This document shows, in pieces, positions 21,148 to 31,622 of a stretch of DNA of 64,000 nt; within the stretch, counting starts at the first letter, position 1, and the number at the start of each line of letters is the position of its first letter. The translations under genes and the position numbers were made by a program. The notes under the pieces are model-generated. The model saw only the letters and a program-made list of their open reading frames with translations, searched no databases and had not been told where the DNA came from. This DNA is from Candidatus Altiarchaeota archaeon (GTDB taxonomy: Archaea > Altiarchaeota > Altiarchaeia > IMC4 > QMZM01): NCBI GenBank assembly GCA_038891095.1, contig JAWAEV010000001.1:5248-69247 (forward strand), read 5' to 3'.

Positions 21148-21825
21148 TTAACTTTTTTTTACACCATAGGCAATTAGATGAACCGCTTTCTTTGGTGAAC
21201 ATTCTTTTGTTATTGCTCGCCCTATCTTTGATATGATAGGATAATTCTGATATTTCACAAACTTAAGATATAAGGGGACATATCTTACATACCCAATAAT
21301 TTTTATATCACTAAAATATTTACCTAATATTTCTCTCAATTGTTGCTCTGAGTAGTGTCTGTAGTGTTTTTTATTAACTCTAATTTTATTACTTACTGTT
21401 GAGAGGATAACTAAGCCATTTGGCTTGAGAACCTTTTTTATTTCTCTTAAAGTCTGTTCTTCTTTGTCTTTCTTTAGGTGCTCTATTGTATCTATAAGTG
21501 TAACAACGTCAAAATAACTCGCTTTAAATCCTAATCGATAAGAGTCCATTCTTACAAACTTTGCATTAGGTACTAGGACTTTAGCAAACCTTAATGCTCT
21601 CTCAGAGTAATCTACACCATAAACCTCGGCACCTTCCTTCGCTAAGAACGAAGTAAATCTACCATCACCGCATCCAATATCTAAAATTTTTTTAGATTTT
21701 AGGTTACCAATAATGCGTATTACTATCTGTACTTTTAATAAATATTGCAAATTTGCAACTCCTCCTAACAACCAATGATATGGGCGATCGTACTCTTCTT
21801 CCTGTAGTTTCTCTTTATAATCCAT
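21148..21825 (-). CDS. Class I SAM-dependent methyltransferase
   Basis: ILDIGCGDGRF (motif I), VYGVDYS (motif II). 225 aa. Confidence 0.75.
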   Translation of the reverse strand: MDYKEKLQEEEYDRPYHWLLGGVANLQYLLKVQIVIRIIGNLKSKKILDIGCGDGRFTSFLAKEGAEVYGVDYSERALRFAKVLVPNAKFVRMDSYRLGFKASYFDVVTLIDTIEHLKKDKEEQTLREIKKVLKPNGLVILSTVSNKIRVNKKHYRHYSEQQLREILGKYFSDIKIIGYVRYVPLYLKFVKYQNYPIISKIGRAITKECSPKKAVHLIAYGVKKS

Positions 21826-21831
21826 TTTAAT

Positions 21832-22995
21832 TTAAAGCACGCTCTCAAAAAAATCAAATATTTCCCTTGTCACAATTTTCCAATCATATCTTTTTGCTGT
21901 TTTTTTTGCAGTTTTACCTAATTCCCTTCTCAATTTTTCTGATTCTATTAATTTAGATACTGCATTGACAATCTCATCCGAACTATATCTCGGGATTATC
22001 AACGCGTCCTTATTATTTGTAAGATACTCCTCAACGCCTATTATGTCTGAAATAATTATTGGTAAACCAGAAGCCATTGCCTCTAGAATAGTATTTGGAA
22101 AACCCTCATTCAATGAGGGATATAAATACAGATCTGATGCTGCATAATATTTTGGGATATGCTCCCTTGGAACATTCCCCACACTTATAATATAGTTAGA
22201 ATACTTATGCGGTAATTTGAGGTTATATTGCATTTGTCCAACGATCATAAATCTGACATCCGGATGTATTTTAAATATCTCAGGCAATGCTTCTTCTATA
22301 AAGCCTGCCCCTTTTACAATAGAAAAACCACCAATAAATGATATAATAGTCTTATCATTAAAATTATATTTTTCTCGAATTATTGAGCCATCTGAAGATT
22401 GAAATTTTTTTATATCTACTCCTGTACAGGGTATATGAACTGGCTTATTCTCTATACTATATTCCTTTTTAAATTCCTGCCATAACCCCTTAGACTGACA
22501 CAAAAATCCATTAGCATTTTTAATACACTTTGCCTCCAATAGATACTGCGGATAAAATTTTACATAGGTCGCTATTCTCTTCATAAGACTAGGATAAAGC
22601 CGATTCCACATTTCTACTTCCAGAGAGATTGGAGTACTTCCAGATCTATATACTAATTTGTGACCTAATCCGGCATATGCACCAAATGATATCCCTAAAA
22701 CTAAATCAAAATTTAATTCTTTCTTTAGTTTTTTTAGTAATTTCTGTGCTCTAATCCCAAAGCTTCTATATTCTATAACTCTGCGAAAAGTTTTAGAATG
22801 AATTATCGGAATTCTATAAATCTCCACATCATTAACAACTTCTCTTTCAGGTTCATTTTTTTCTTTAGAAGTAATTACTACTATATCATGCCCTTGAGTA
22901 AGAGCATTTTTAGAAAATTCTGAGATAAAGTTTGGTATGCCTCCCATACCCTCCCTAAAATACGGAAATGTTATAATAACATTCATACTATTCAA
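21832..22995 (-). CDS. GT4 (GT-B) glycosyltransferase
   Basis: C-terminal EGFPNTILEAMASGLPII signature of retaining GT4 enzymes. Confidence 0.8.
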   Translation of the reverse strand: MNSMNVIITFPYFREGMGGIPNFISEFSKNALTQGHDIVVITSKEKNEPEREVVNDVEIYRIPIIHSKTFRRVIEYRSFGIRAQKLLKKLKKELNFDLVLGISFGAYAGLGHKLVYRSGSTPISLEVEMWNRLYPSLMKRIATYVKFYPQYLLEAKCIKNANGFLCQSKGLWQEFKKEYSIENKPVHIPCTGVDIKKFQSSDGSIIREKYNFNDKTIISFIGGFSIVKGAGFIEEALPEIFKIHPDVRFMIVGQMQYNLKLPHKYSNYIISVGNVPREHIPKYYAASDLYLYPSLNEGFPNTILEAMASGLPIIISDIIGVEEYLTNNKDALIIPRYSSDEIVNAVSKLIESEKLRRELGKTAKKTAKRYDWKIVTREIFDFFESVL

Positions 22996-23102
22996 ATCTT
23001 TGTTAGTAAATTCTCCTTACTTAACACTGTAACCTCTCTTAACAAGTTCTATAGTAATATTTGAACCTATGAAACCTGCACCACAAGTTACAAGAACTTT
23101 AC

Positions 23103-24407
23103 TCATTTTGGCATTATTCTTCTATACTCCTCTAAAATCTCTCTCCCAATTTTTTCAGGAGAAAATTCATTTTTGATTTTCTCCTTACAGTTTTTGCTCA
23201 TCTCCTTATAAACATTAGAATTTTCAAGAATATATCTAATAGCTCTCGCTAATTCATCAATTTCAAGATTTTTTAATAAAATTCCATTTTTCCCATCTTC
23301 AACAATCTCGGGATTTCCACCAACATTACTTGCTATTATAGGAATTCCATAACTACATGCCTCAAGTAGCATCCTTGAGAGAGGTTCATAAAAAGTACAC
23401 GGCAATACTACTAAATTTGTAATTGAATAATACTCCTTCATATACTCTGGTTTAACAAAGCCAACAAATTTTACTTTATCTTCCAATTTATATTCCTCTA
23501 CTATTTTTTCTAAAGATCTATAATAAGGGGTTTTAAGTTTAGAGTAACTCCCTCTTCCTACCACTAAAAATACAGAGTCATCTATATATTTCATCGCTTT
23601 TATTACTATATGAACGCCCTTCTCTTGAGTTACTCTACCTGCGTAGAGGATAATTTGCTTATTTTTGGATATACCTAATTTTTCTTTTAGATTTGTTTTT
23701 ACTTTTTCTTGAAGAGGAATAGGGTTGTGTATAATCTTAAGTTTATTCTCATTAAATCCATTTTCAATAAAAAGTTTTTTTATTGCTTCACTAACTGGGA
23801 ATAATTTATCTACTTTTTTAGTAAAGAATTTTCGCTCTTTCATATGAAGGACACCATAGATAAACTTTATGAAACCGACCAGATATTTAATAAGCCCTAT
23901 TCCTTTTTCTTTTTTTATAACACAACGGAGCATTTTTTTGGAAGAGCATTTTGTACATGAATTTCCTTTGTAATCAACACAATTGCCCGTATAGCAAATC
24001 CAAGGACTATTTACAGTCGCAAAACATGGAATTCCTCTTATTTTTAAAATCAATGAAGTTATGATGATTGATTCCATATTGAGAAGATGCACTACATCTG
24101 GCCTAATTTGCTTAATAAATTTATTTGTATGATACGCTATTTGCAGGTACATAAATTCAAGATTGCAGATATGAGATATAAAAGGAAGATCAATATAAAT
24201 TAGAGGGATACGAAAAATTTTTATACCATCCATCTCCTCTTCTTTATATTCTTTAGTGGTAAATGTTAACACAAAAACTTCCTGACCCAAATCTCTTAAA
24301 GCTTTTGTAATATAATACGCAGAAATTTGTCCTCCACCAGTTATATCAGGATAAAACCTTCTTGATATGAATAGAATTTTCAATTTTCTGCCTTTCTTTT
24401 TTTGCAA
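23103..24407 (-). CDS. GT4 glycosyltransferase with a Cys-rich insertion in the N-terminal domain
   Basis: EPLSRMLLEACSYGIPIIASNVGG (GT4 signature). Insert PWICYTGNCVDYKGNSCTKCSSKKMLRC has 6 Cys. Confidence 0.75.
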   Translation of the reverse strand: MQKKKGRKLKILFISRRFYPDITGGGQISAYYITKALRDLGQEVFVLTFTTKEYKEEEMDGIKIFRIPLIYIDLPFISHICNLEFMYLQIAYHTNKFIKQIRPDVVHLLNMESIIITSLILKIRGIPCFATVNSPWICYTGNCVDYKGNSCTKCSSKKMLRCVIKKEKGIGLIKYLVGFIKFIYGVLHMKERKFFTKKVDKLFPVSEAIKKLFIENGFNENKLKIIHNPIPLQEKVKTNLKEKLGISKNKQIILYAGRVTQEKGVHIVIKAMKYIDDSVFLVVGRGSYSKLKTPYYRSLEKIVEEYKLEDKVKFVGFVKPEYMKEYYSITNLVVLPCTFYEPLSRMLLEACSYGIPIIASNVGGNPEIVEDGKNGILLKNLEIDELARAIRYILENSNVYKEMSKNCKEKIKNEFSPEKIGREILEEYRRIMPK

Positions 24408-24569
24408 TTAAAATTTTATTGGAAATGTTAATATTAAATCCCTCTCTTTTTAATATGTCAATGATATCTTCAAGATAGATTAAATTTGACCATTCAAGTA
24501 TTACCTTTTGTGTTTTTTTTAAAATTTCGTTTGATCCTCTGAGGACATTTAACTCTGCCCCTTCAACAT

Positions 24570-25190
24570 CTATATTTTTAGTAAATCTATAATTGGTTCT
24601 TTTTCCAATGCCTCATTCAAAGTTATAAGTTCGATATTTTCAAAACCATTTCCTGGCAATTTTTTAATTATAGAATGAGTTTCTGAGCCCCCTAAATAAA
24701 GTTTTACTTTCCCTTTCCTATCCGAAACTGCTAAGTTATGTATTATTATATTCTTGCATTCATTTACTTCTTTATTTTTTTTAAGTAACTTAAAGTTGTT
24801 GGAACATGGCTCAAAAGATATTACTTTCTTAGCATTAAATCCTTTTGAAGATAGAACTGAAACTAAGCCAACATGGGCTCCAACATCCACTACAATGCTC
24901 CCTCTCTTTAATTTTTTCAGTTCATAGATATCGTCCAATACTACTTCAAAAAAGATAGTATACGCGTCTAAAGGGTGATATATGCATATATCATCCTTTA
25001 ATTGTATCTTCAATGGTAAACTCCCTATCTTGAAATACCTAAATATATACTTAGTTACATTTCTAGAAAGTATTCTTGAGAAAATACCAAATGAGAGATA
25101 GTAACATAATGTCATGAATTTATGGAATATTAACCAACCTTTCGTTTCTTTTTTATAGAATTCTCTTAACAATTTTAAGTTTTCAAGCAT
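24570..25190 (-). CDS. FkbM-family methyltransferase
   Basis: VVDVGAHVG...FEP (FkbM motif). 206 aa. Confidence 0.65.
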   Translation of the reverse strand: MLENLKLLREFYKKETKGWLIFHKFMTLCYYLSFGIFSRILSRNVTKYIFRYFKIGSLPLKIQLKDDICIYHPLDAYTIFFEVVLDDIYELKKLKRGSIVVDVGAHVGLVSVLSSKGFNAKKVISFEPCSNNFKLLKKNKEVNECKNIIIHNLAVSDRKGKVKLYLGGSETHSIIKKLPGNGFENIELITLNEALEKEPIIDLLKI

Positions 25191-26259
25191 TTTGCAGATT
25201 ATCTATCGCTTTTTTAATTCCTTCAATAAATTTATCTTCAGAAAATTTTTTTGCTCTTTCTTCGCATGCTTTTCTCATTTCTTTAGCTCTTTCTGGAGTT
25301 AGCCATTCAACAGCTTTTATTATATTCTCTACTGTTGGTTCAATTAGTACGCCTGTTTTTCCATGAATGATTGTTTCTTTCATGCCTCCATCATTAGAGC
25401 CAATACAGGGTTTCCCTGAAGACATTGATTCTAAAGGGATAATCCCAAAATCCTCTTTATAAGAGACATATATTGTTGCTATACATCTACCATAAAGCTC
25501 GCTTAGCTCTTTCTCACTTGATACCCAACCAATTACTTTAATATTTTCATATCCTTTAGCTAAGGATTTTATCTCTTCATATGATGGCCCTCCACCTGCT
25601 ACAATAAGCTTTTTATTAGGCATTTTTTGGAATGCTCTCACAACCAAATCGACTCTTTTTATTGGATCTAACCTTGCAGTAGAAAGATAAAAGTCACCAT
25701 GCTCAATAAATTTAAATTTTTTAATATCTACTGGTGGATAAACGACATCTGATTCCCTGCCATAGAAGCTCTTTATCCTATCTTGAACATTTTTTGAGTT
25801 TGCTATTATCTTATCAACATTTCTAACACATTTCTGATCTTCTGCTCTAAGAAAATATGCAAAAATCTTGAATAAGTGCCTTTTTAAAAATTTTCTTTTT
25901 TTAAGTTCATCTTCATAGAGGTCATAAAGCCATCTTATTGGAGCATTACAGTACCATATATTTGGATGATATTTCTTCGCTACACTTAGAGAATGCGATC
26001 CAAAAAAGAGGTAAGCATCATAATCCTCTGCTATTTTTAGATTACTAAATTTAAATCTTATGTAAAGAGAATTTAAACCATGTCTCAATCTTTTCCTTGT
26101 GAATGACACCAGGTTATAATCTCTGAACTCGTTAAATGTTGTTTCCTTGATATAATAACCAGAATATATATCAGCATTGAAATATTTTGCTAATGTAATA
26201 ATTTCTCTTTCAACCCCTCCAAAATTTTCAAGTCTGTCAACGAGAATTGCAATTTTCAT
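25183..26259 (-). CDS. GT4 glycosyltransferase
   Basis: EDFGIIPLESMSSGKPCIGSNDGG signature. Confidence 0.8.
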   Translation of the reverse strand: MKIAILVDRLENFGGVEREIITLAKYFNADIYSGYYIKETTFNEFRDYNLVSFTRKRLRHGLNSLYIRFKFSNLKIAEDYDAYLFFGSHSLSVAKKYHPNIWYCNAPIRWLYDLYEDELKKRKFLKRHLFKIFAYFLRAEDQKCVRNVDKIIANSKNVQDRIKSFYGRESDVVYPPVDIKKFKFIEHGDFYLSTARLDPIKRVDLVVRAFQKMPNKKLIVAGGGPSYEEIKSLAKGYENIKVIGWVSSEKELSELYGRCIATIYVSYKEDFGIIPLESMSSGKPCIGSNDGGMKETIIHGKTGVLIEPTVENIIKAVEWLTPERAKEMRKACEERAKKFSEDKFIEGIKKAIDNLQNA

Positions 26260-27521
26260 CTCCCAATTCCTTTATAATCAATACCTAAATTTTGGATTTT
26301 TTTCTTGTTAAGACAATTTTTTCCATCAATAATTACCTTTATATTATTTTCTCTCAATTTTCTTAAGTTCATTCTTTTGAATTCTCTATGATCTGTTGCT
26401 AAGATAAGGTAGTTAACTTTTTTTAATAATTCATCTAAGGAGGGAACACTACTTTTCTCTGGAACTAAAGGATCGAAAGAAAAAACATCTGCTCCTTTTT
26501 TCTTTAAAATTTCTAAAATTTTCAATGCAGGACTTTCTCTTATGTCGTCAACATTTGCTTTGTAAGCTAAACCCAAAACTCCAATTTTTTTTCCTTTTAA
26601 ATTCCCAACTTTTTGTTCTAGCAAGCTTACTGTATATTGAGGCATTGAGTTATTGATTTCTCTTGCTAACTTCAGGAATTTATGATTAAAGCCGATATTT
26701 TTTGCCTTTTCAATTAGATAGTAAGGATCAACAGGGATGCAATGGCCACCTACACCACATCCAGGATAGAATGCCATGAAACCAAAAGGTTTTGTTTTTG
26801 CACCCTCTATAACTTCTTTGATGTCAATTTCAAATTTATCGAAAGATTTTGCTAATTCGTTTATGAAAGCTATATTTATATCTCTGAAAGTATTTTCAAC
26901 TATTTTGACTGCTTCTGCAGCTTTTACAGTGCTAAGTTCTTTCACTTCTGCATTTATAATCTCCCTATAAAATTTAGCTGCTTTTTTTCTTCCTCTTTTA
27001 CTTAGAGCTCCGAGGACTCTTGGGATATTCTCTATATTCCACTTTTTATTTCCAGGATCAATTCTCTCAGGGCAATGAGCTAAGAAGAAATCTTTTTCAG
27101 ATTTTAAACCAGAATTTTCAAGAATTTTCTTTACTATCTCTCCAGTTGTTCCTGGATAAATTGTTGATTCTATTATCACTAAGTGACCTTTCTTTAAAAA
27201 TTTTGAGATTTCTCTTGCTGCTGACTTTAAAGGCTCTAAATCTGGCTTATGTTTTTTATTTACTGGAGTAGGAACACAAACAATAATGATATCTACATTT
27301 TTAATCTTACTGAAATCTCTTGTTGCGAAAATTTTCCCCTTACTCTTTTTTACTTCTCTCTCTAATTTTTTATCTTTTATATGGCTTATTCCTTCGTTAA
27401 CTTTTTTTACAATTTCAGGATTTTTATCTATGCCAATAACATCATAACCTTTTTTTGCACATAAACATGCCAATGGCAAGCCAACATAACCTAAACCAAT
27501 TATAGCTATACTTTTGCTCAT
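26256..27521 (-). CDS. Nucleotide-sugar dehydrogenase (UDP-N-acetyl-D-mannosamine/UDP-GlcNAc 6-dehydrogenase-like)
   Basis: IAIIGLGYVGLPLA Rossmann start, catalytic Cys region GGHCIP. 421 aa. Confidence 0.8.
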   Translation of the reverse strand: MSKSIAIIGLGYVGLPLACLCAKKGYDVIGIDKNPEIVKKVNEGISHIKDKKLEREVKKSKGKIFATRDFSKIKNVDIIIVCVPTPVNKKHKPDLEPLKSAAREISKFLKKGHLVIIESTIYPGTTGEIVKKILENSGLKSEKDFFLAHCPERIDPGNKKWNIENIPRVLGALSKRGRKKAAKFYREIINAEVKELSTVKAAEAVKIVENTFRDINIAFINELAKSFDKFEIDIKEVIEGAKTKPFGFMAFYPGCGVGGHCIPVDPYYLIEKAKNIGFNHKFLKLAREINNSMPQYTVSLLEQKVGNLKGKKIGVLGLAYKANVDDIRESPALKILEILKKKGADVFSFDPLVPEKSSVPSLDELLKKVNYLILATDHREFKRMNLRKLRENNIKVIIDGKNCLNKKKIQNLGIDYKGIGR

Positions 27522-27559
27522 AACTATAAAATTTATCTTTTTAGGTTAAATAGCTAAAT

Positions 27560-28525
27560 ATGAGGGTTTTGATTTTTGGAGCTGAAGAAGGAAAGTTTCC
27601 AAGCTTTTCTTATCAATGTAAAAAAGCATTTGAGGAGTTAGGCCATGAGGTAAAAGTTTTAAGCTATAGAAAATTCAAGTTTCATAAGATAAAATTCACA
27701 AATTTTTTACTTAACAAATATCTTCTTCACTTTGCTGAAAACTATAATCCAGATTTGTTATTTGTTAATAAAGGTGCAAACATTCTTCCAGGCATTATTG
27801 AAAAACTATCCAAAAGAGGAATTAAAACAGCTAACTGGACATTAGACGATCCTTTTGGAAATTTCAATAAAGAGAATAGGATTAACAACATTCGGGAATA
27901 TGATTACTTCTTTGTTTTTGATCCTTATTATTTACCTGAGCTTAGAGATATCAATCCTAATTCTTACTATCTTCCATGCTGTGCTTCAAAACATGTACAT
28001 ACTGAGATAATTCCTTTAAATGAGAGGGAGTATAAATATGATGTCTCGTTTATTGGTTCTCATGAAAAAAAGAGGGAAAAACTCTTTAGCGAGTTAATAG
28101 ATTATAATCTTAGAATTAGCGGTTATAGATGGGAGAAAATTAAAAGTAAGCTGAAAGAGAAAATAGATAAAAAAATTTATATTGGTTATGAAATGTGCAA
28201 GGAGTTAAATTTGTCAAAGATAAATTTGAATGTTCACAGTGCGCATTCCTATAGAGGAGCAAACTTAAGAACTTTTGAAATTCCTGCAACAAATAGTTTT
28301 ATGTTATCTGACTATATTGAAGAGATTAAAAATTTATTCAGAATAGGCAAGGAAGTTATTTGCTACCATAATGTTTCTGAACTAAAGGAGTTAATAGATT
28401 ACTATCTAAACAAGGAGAATGAAGAGGAAAGAAATAAAATTACAAAAGCAGGGCATGAAAGAGTTTTGAAAGAGCATAGTATGAAGCACAGGATTGAAAG
28501 AATAGTTAGAATAGCAGGTATTTAA
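27560..28525 (+). CDS. CgeB-like/DUF3880-type putative glycosyltransferase
   Basis: Soluble 321-aa protein on the opposite strand within the glycan island. Only weak resemblance to the CgeB family (spore-coat glycosylation). Uncertain. Confidence 0.4.
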   Translation: MRVLIFGAEEGKFPSFSYQCKKAFEELGHEVKVLSYRKFKFHKIKFTNFLLNKYLLHFAENYNPDLLFVNKGANILPGIIEKLSKRGIKTANWTLDDPFGNFNKENRINNIREYDYFFVFDPYYLPELRDINPNSYYLPCCASKHVHTEIIPLNEREYKYDVSFIGSHEKKREKLFSELIDYNLRISGYRWEKIKSKLKEKIDKKIYIGYEMCKELNLSKINLNVHSAHSYRGANLRTFEIPATNSFMLSDYIEEIKNLFRIGKEVICYHNVSELKELIDYYLNKENEEERNKITKAGHERVLKEHSMKHRIERIVRIAGI

Positions 28526-30183
28526 TTTTCTATTCTTTTTAGTATCAATATAGTTGGATTAACAAATTCAGGATTTGGTTTTAGAGTAAGAGAGCGAAGT
28601 ATAACACTATCTAACTTCTCTATTGATCCAAATCCCGGTGAGCCTCCACTATTGTAAATCCCTCTCCCAAATTTTGCAACTATTCTGTAATTTTTTCTTT
28701 CATTTATTAAGTCTGAGAAGTATTTTGTTCTTTCTGGAAATGCGTTAGTATCAACGAGGTATCTTTCATAATATAAACTACTTAAGATGATGTAATCTGA
28801 TTTTCTTGATTCCAATCCACTTATGAAATCTTCAATAGATCCATTGTTTTTTGGTTGGAATACTGTTATATTTTCTGGTATATTTGGATTATAGTAATAT
28901 AACTCAATCGTTGAATTTTTATCAATGTTTCTCTCTATCCATTCCGTTGCGAGATATCTTGAGTCATTAATGAAGAGTATGTCAGCAGAGATAGTATAAC
29001 AGAAAGAGTAGGGTATAATGAATGCTAGCACAAAGATTGTAATTTTCTTTTTAAATTTTAGCATATCATAGAAAAATTTTCCATTTAAAATTGCTATAAA
29101 TGGAAGTAAAGGGACAGTATATCTCATCGGTGCAAAATTCCATTTTCCTACTATGAGGTAAAATAGAACAATAAATAAGAAAAATAACAGAGTATATTTA
29201 TATGAATTATCTTCTATTCTGATTAATTTGAGTGCTGTATAAGTTAAAGCAATAATAGAAACTAAAAATAATGGTAATCCCATACCATTTATCAAGTTTA
29301 CTATATGAGATATATAACCGGGATAAGGATTTCTTATTCCTTTGTATAGTTGAACATCAGTTATCGCGGTAATTACATCTTTTTTAAAATTTGAAAAATC
29401 GATTATTGCAAATGGAGTTCCAATTAAAAAACCTATGAATATCATTGAAAATCCTAAGGAAAATTGTTTATTAATAAGAGAATTAAGCGAAATTTTTTCT
29501 TTGAACAGCAGATGAGAGATAAAAAAGAGGAGTATCATCAAACCAGCTGTGTATTTAGTTGAGATAGCAAAACCTATAAATAAACCTGAGAGTAGATAGT
29601 ACCCCATATCCTGTTTTTTGATAAGTTTTATTATGAACAACATAGATAAGATAATCCAAAATGTCGTTGATATGTCAACTGTTGCGAAATGAGAGAAATT
29701 TACAAAACTCATTGTAAATGCTAAAAGAATAGATGAGATAATTGCTGATCTCTTGTTGTATACTTCGCGTGCTATGAGATAAACAAAAAGGACAATTAAT
29801 GCTCCCATAACCACTGAAATAGCTCTTGAAATAAGAAGCGCATTTGTCATTAATTTAAATTGTTCATTTGTATAGGGAGGTTTGAGAGTGAGAGGTATTT
29901 TATCTAACTCGCCGGTTAGTTTTAGTTTGAGATAATAGGGCAACAAAGCCAGTCCGACAGTATATTTGTGTAGTGAGCCTGATATGAAATTATGTGGGTT
30001 TGGATCCATTTGCTTAGCCATAGTTAGTACATAGATTGTAACCTCATCTGGATGCCATTTATATGGAGTCCCCCACCAAATACCAATAACATTTAAGAGA
30101 AAACTTATTATGCAAATTACTATTATGATTTTATTTTCTTTACTTCTTAATTTTTCAGTTAATAAAGAAAATTTTATATTCAT
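28522..30183 (-). CDS. GT-C glycosyltransferase of the PMT/ArnT type (GT39/GT83-like, lipid-carrier dependent)
   Basis: 553 aa and polytopic. First extracytoplasmic loop carries HPDEVTIY (PMT-type DE motif). Hydrophobic core typical of the PMT_2 family. Confidence 0.6.
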   Translation of the reverse strand: MNIKFSLLTEKLRSKENKIIIVICIISFLLNVIGIWWGTPYKWHPDEVTIYVLTMAKQMDPNPHNFISGSLHKYTVGLALLPYYLKLKLTGELDKIPLTLKPPYTNEQFKLMTNALLISRAISVVMGALIVLFVYLIAREVYNKRSAIISSILLAFTMSFVNFSHFATVDISTTFWIILSMLFIIKLIKKQDMGYYLLSGLFIGFAISTKYTAGLMILLFFISHLLFKEKISLNSLINKQFSLGFSMIFIGFLIGTPFAIIDFSNFKKDVITAITDVQLYKGIRNPYPGYISHIVNLINGMGLPLFLVSIIALTYTALKLIRIEDNSYKYTLLFFLFIVLFYLIVGKWNFAPMRYTVPLLPFIAILNGKFFYDMLKFKKKITIFVLAFIIPYSFCYTISADILFINDSRYLATEWIERNIDKNSTIELYYYNPNIPENITVFQPKNNGSIEDFISGLESRKSDYIILSSLYYERYLVDTNAFPERTKYFSDLINERKNYRIVAKFGRGIYNSGGSPGFGSIEKLDSVILRSLTLKPNPEFVNPTILILKRIEN

Positions 30184-31598
30184 TTTAAATATCCCCTCTC
30201 AAAATATTTCTGCTCTGAGCCAATTTCTTCAATATTATATTTTCTCCCTTCAATTATATTTCTCGCAGCCAGTATCCCCATTTCTAATGCATGATCTTGA
30301 TTATTGTATCTAAAACTACCTGCTCTACCAATAAGCTGTAAATTTTCAAATTGATTGAGATAATCTTTAACTTTTTTTAAATTTTCTTTGTATTTTAAAT
30401 CATAAACAGGGTAGGCATATTTTTCCCTATGAACAAAAAGGTCAATAATTTCTTCTCTTTTAATGAATTCAAGTTTCTCTAAGTGTTTAATACTTAAGTC
30501 AAGTAACTCCTCTCTGCTGGAATTCCAAATTTTATCATTCTCCCAACAGAAAAATTCCAAAAGCAAAGAAGTTTTATCTTTTGGTGAAAGCCTCTTGCTG
30601 AAATTTTTAGGCTCCATTACTCTGCCAAATGGGATCTCTTTATCTGGAAAGTAAATCCATTGATCAGGAAATATTTTTGGTTTATTTAATGTTAGGAAAA
30701 GAGAAACATGAGATCTAAATTTTAACTTCCCGGCAGAGTTAAGAACATCTTCTGGTGCATTTGGTTCTAAAAGATTTACAAATTCTGTTATAGGTATCGA
30801 AGAAACCACATGTATTGGATTTACATTAATTATATCTCTTCCTATGTTTATGTCAATGCCAATTATCTCTTTATTGTTATGATGTATTTTAATAGGATAA
30901 CTTTTTAACAATATAGAATTTTCACTATCACTCAAAACTCTTTCTTTAATTTTTTCATAAATCAAACCGGTACCTAAATCAGGATAATAAAATTGGTCAA
31001 CTAAAGTTTTTGGACCTTTTTTTGATTTTATAAGAGCTTTTTTGAGTATTGCAATAAAAGATAGCCCTCTTATTCTTTGTTTTGACCAATCTGGTGAAAT
31101 CTCTGAGCAAGGCAACCCCCAAATTTTTTCTGTGTAGTTGAGCATATTAAGCTCCGCTAAACTTCTACCAAATTCTGAGACAATTTGTTCTTCAAACGAA
31201 ATTGCTTTTCTATTTGATAAGACTTTTTTTACTCTCTCTTTTAAATAGTCAGAAATAATTTTAAATGCTTTATATGGGCCAACATTTATGAGAGCATTTG
31301 AAATCTCGATAGGGTAAAGAAAGTATTTTCCATTTATATAGAATCTCGTTAAACGGTCAACTTTTATCCAATGCTTACCGAGTAAATCCTCTATAAGGTT
31401 ATAGAGATATTGATTTTGACTAAAAAACCTGTGAGGACCAACATCTGTTATAAAGTCACCATAGTGAAAAGTTCTTGCTAAACCACCAACTTGATCATTT
31501 TTTTCAATTACAATGAAATGTTTATCCGATTTATATAGCTCAAATGCTGTTGCAATTCCTGCAGGACCTGCACCAAGTATTAAAATTTCTTTTTTCAA
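30180..31598 (-). CDS. FAD/NAD(P)-binding oxidoreductase (amine-oxidase/UDP-galactopyranose-mutase-like fold)
   Basis: N-terminal ILGAGPAGIATAFEL...EKNDQVGGLA dinucleotide-binding motif. 472 aa. Confidence 0.65.
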   Translation of the reverse strand: MKKEILILGAGPAGIATAFELYKSDKHFIVIEKNDQVGGLARTFHYGDFITDVGPHRFFSQNQYLYNLIEDLLGKHWIKVDRLTRFYINGKYFLYPIEISNALINVGPYKAFKIISDYLKERVKKVLSNRKAISFEEQIVSEFGRSLAELNMLNYTEKIWGLPCSEISPDWSKQRIRGLSFIAILKKALIKSKKGPKTLVDQFYYPDLGTGLIYEKIKERVLSDSENSILLKSYPIKIHHNNKEIIGIDINIGRDIINVNPIHVVSSIPITEFVNLLEPNAPEDVLNSAGKLKFRSHVSLFLTLNKPKIFPDQWIYFPDKEIPFGRVMEPKNFSKRLSPKDKTSLLLEFFCWENDKIWNSSREELLDLSIKHLEKLEFIKREEIIDLFVHREKYAYPVYDLKYKENLKKVKDYLNQFENLQLIGRAGSFRYNNQDHALEMGILAARNIIEGRKYNIEEIGSEQKYFERGYLK

Positions 31599-31622
31599 TT
31601 TTCATTTAGTGTGATAAAATTT

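Noticed and set aside
28522-30183. AglB/STT3 oligosaccharyltransferase identity for the GT-C protein
   Set aside because: No WWDYG motif or C-terminal periplasmic domain is present. The DE-loop and size fit PMT/ArnT-type GT-C instead.
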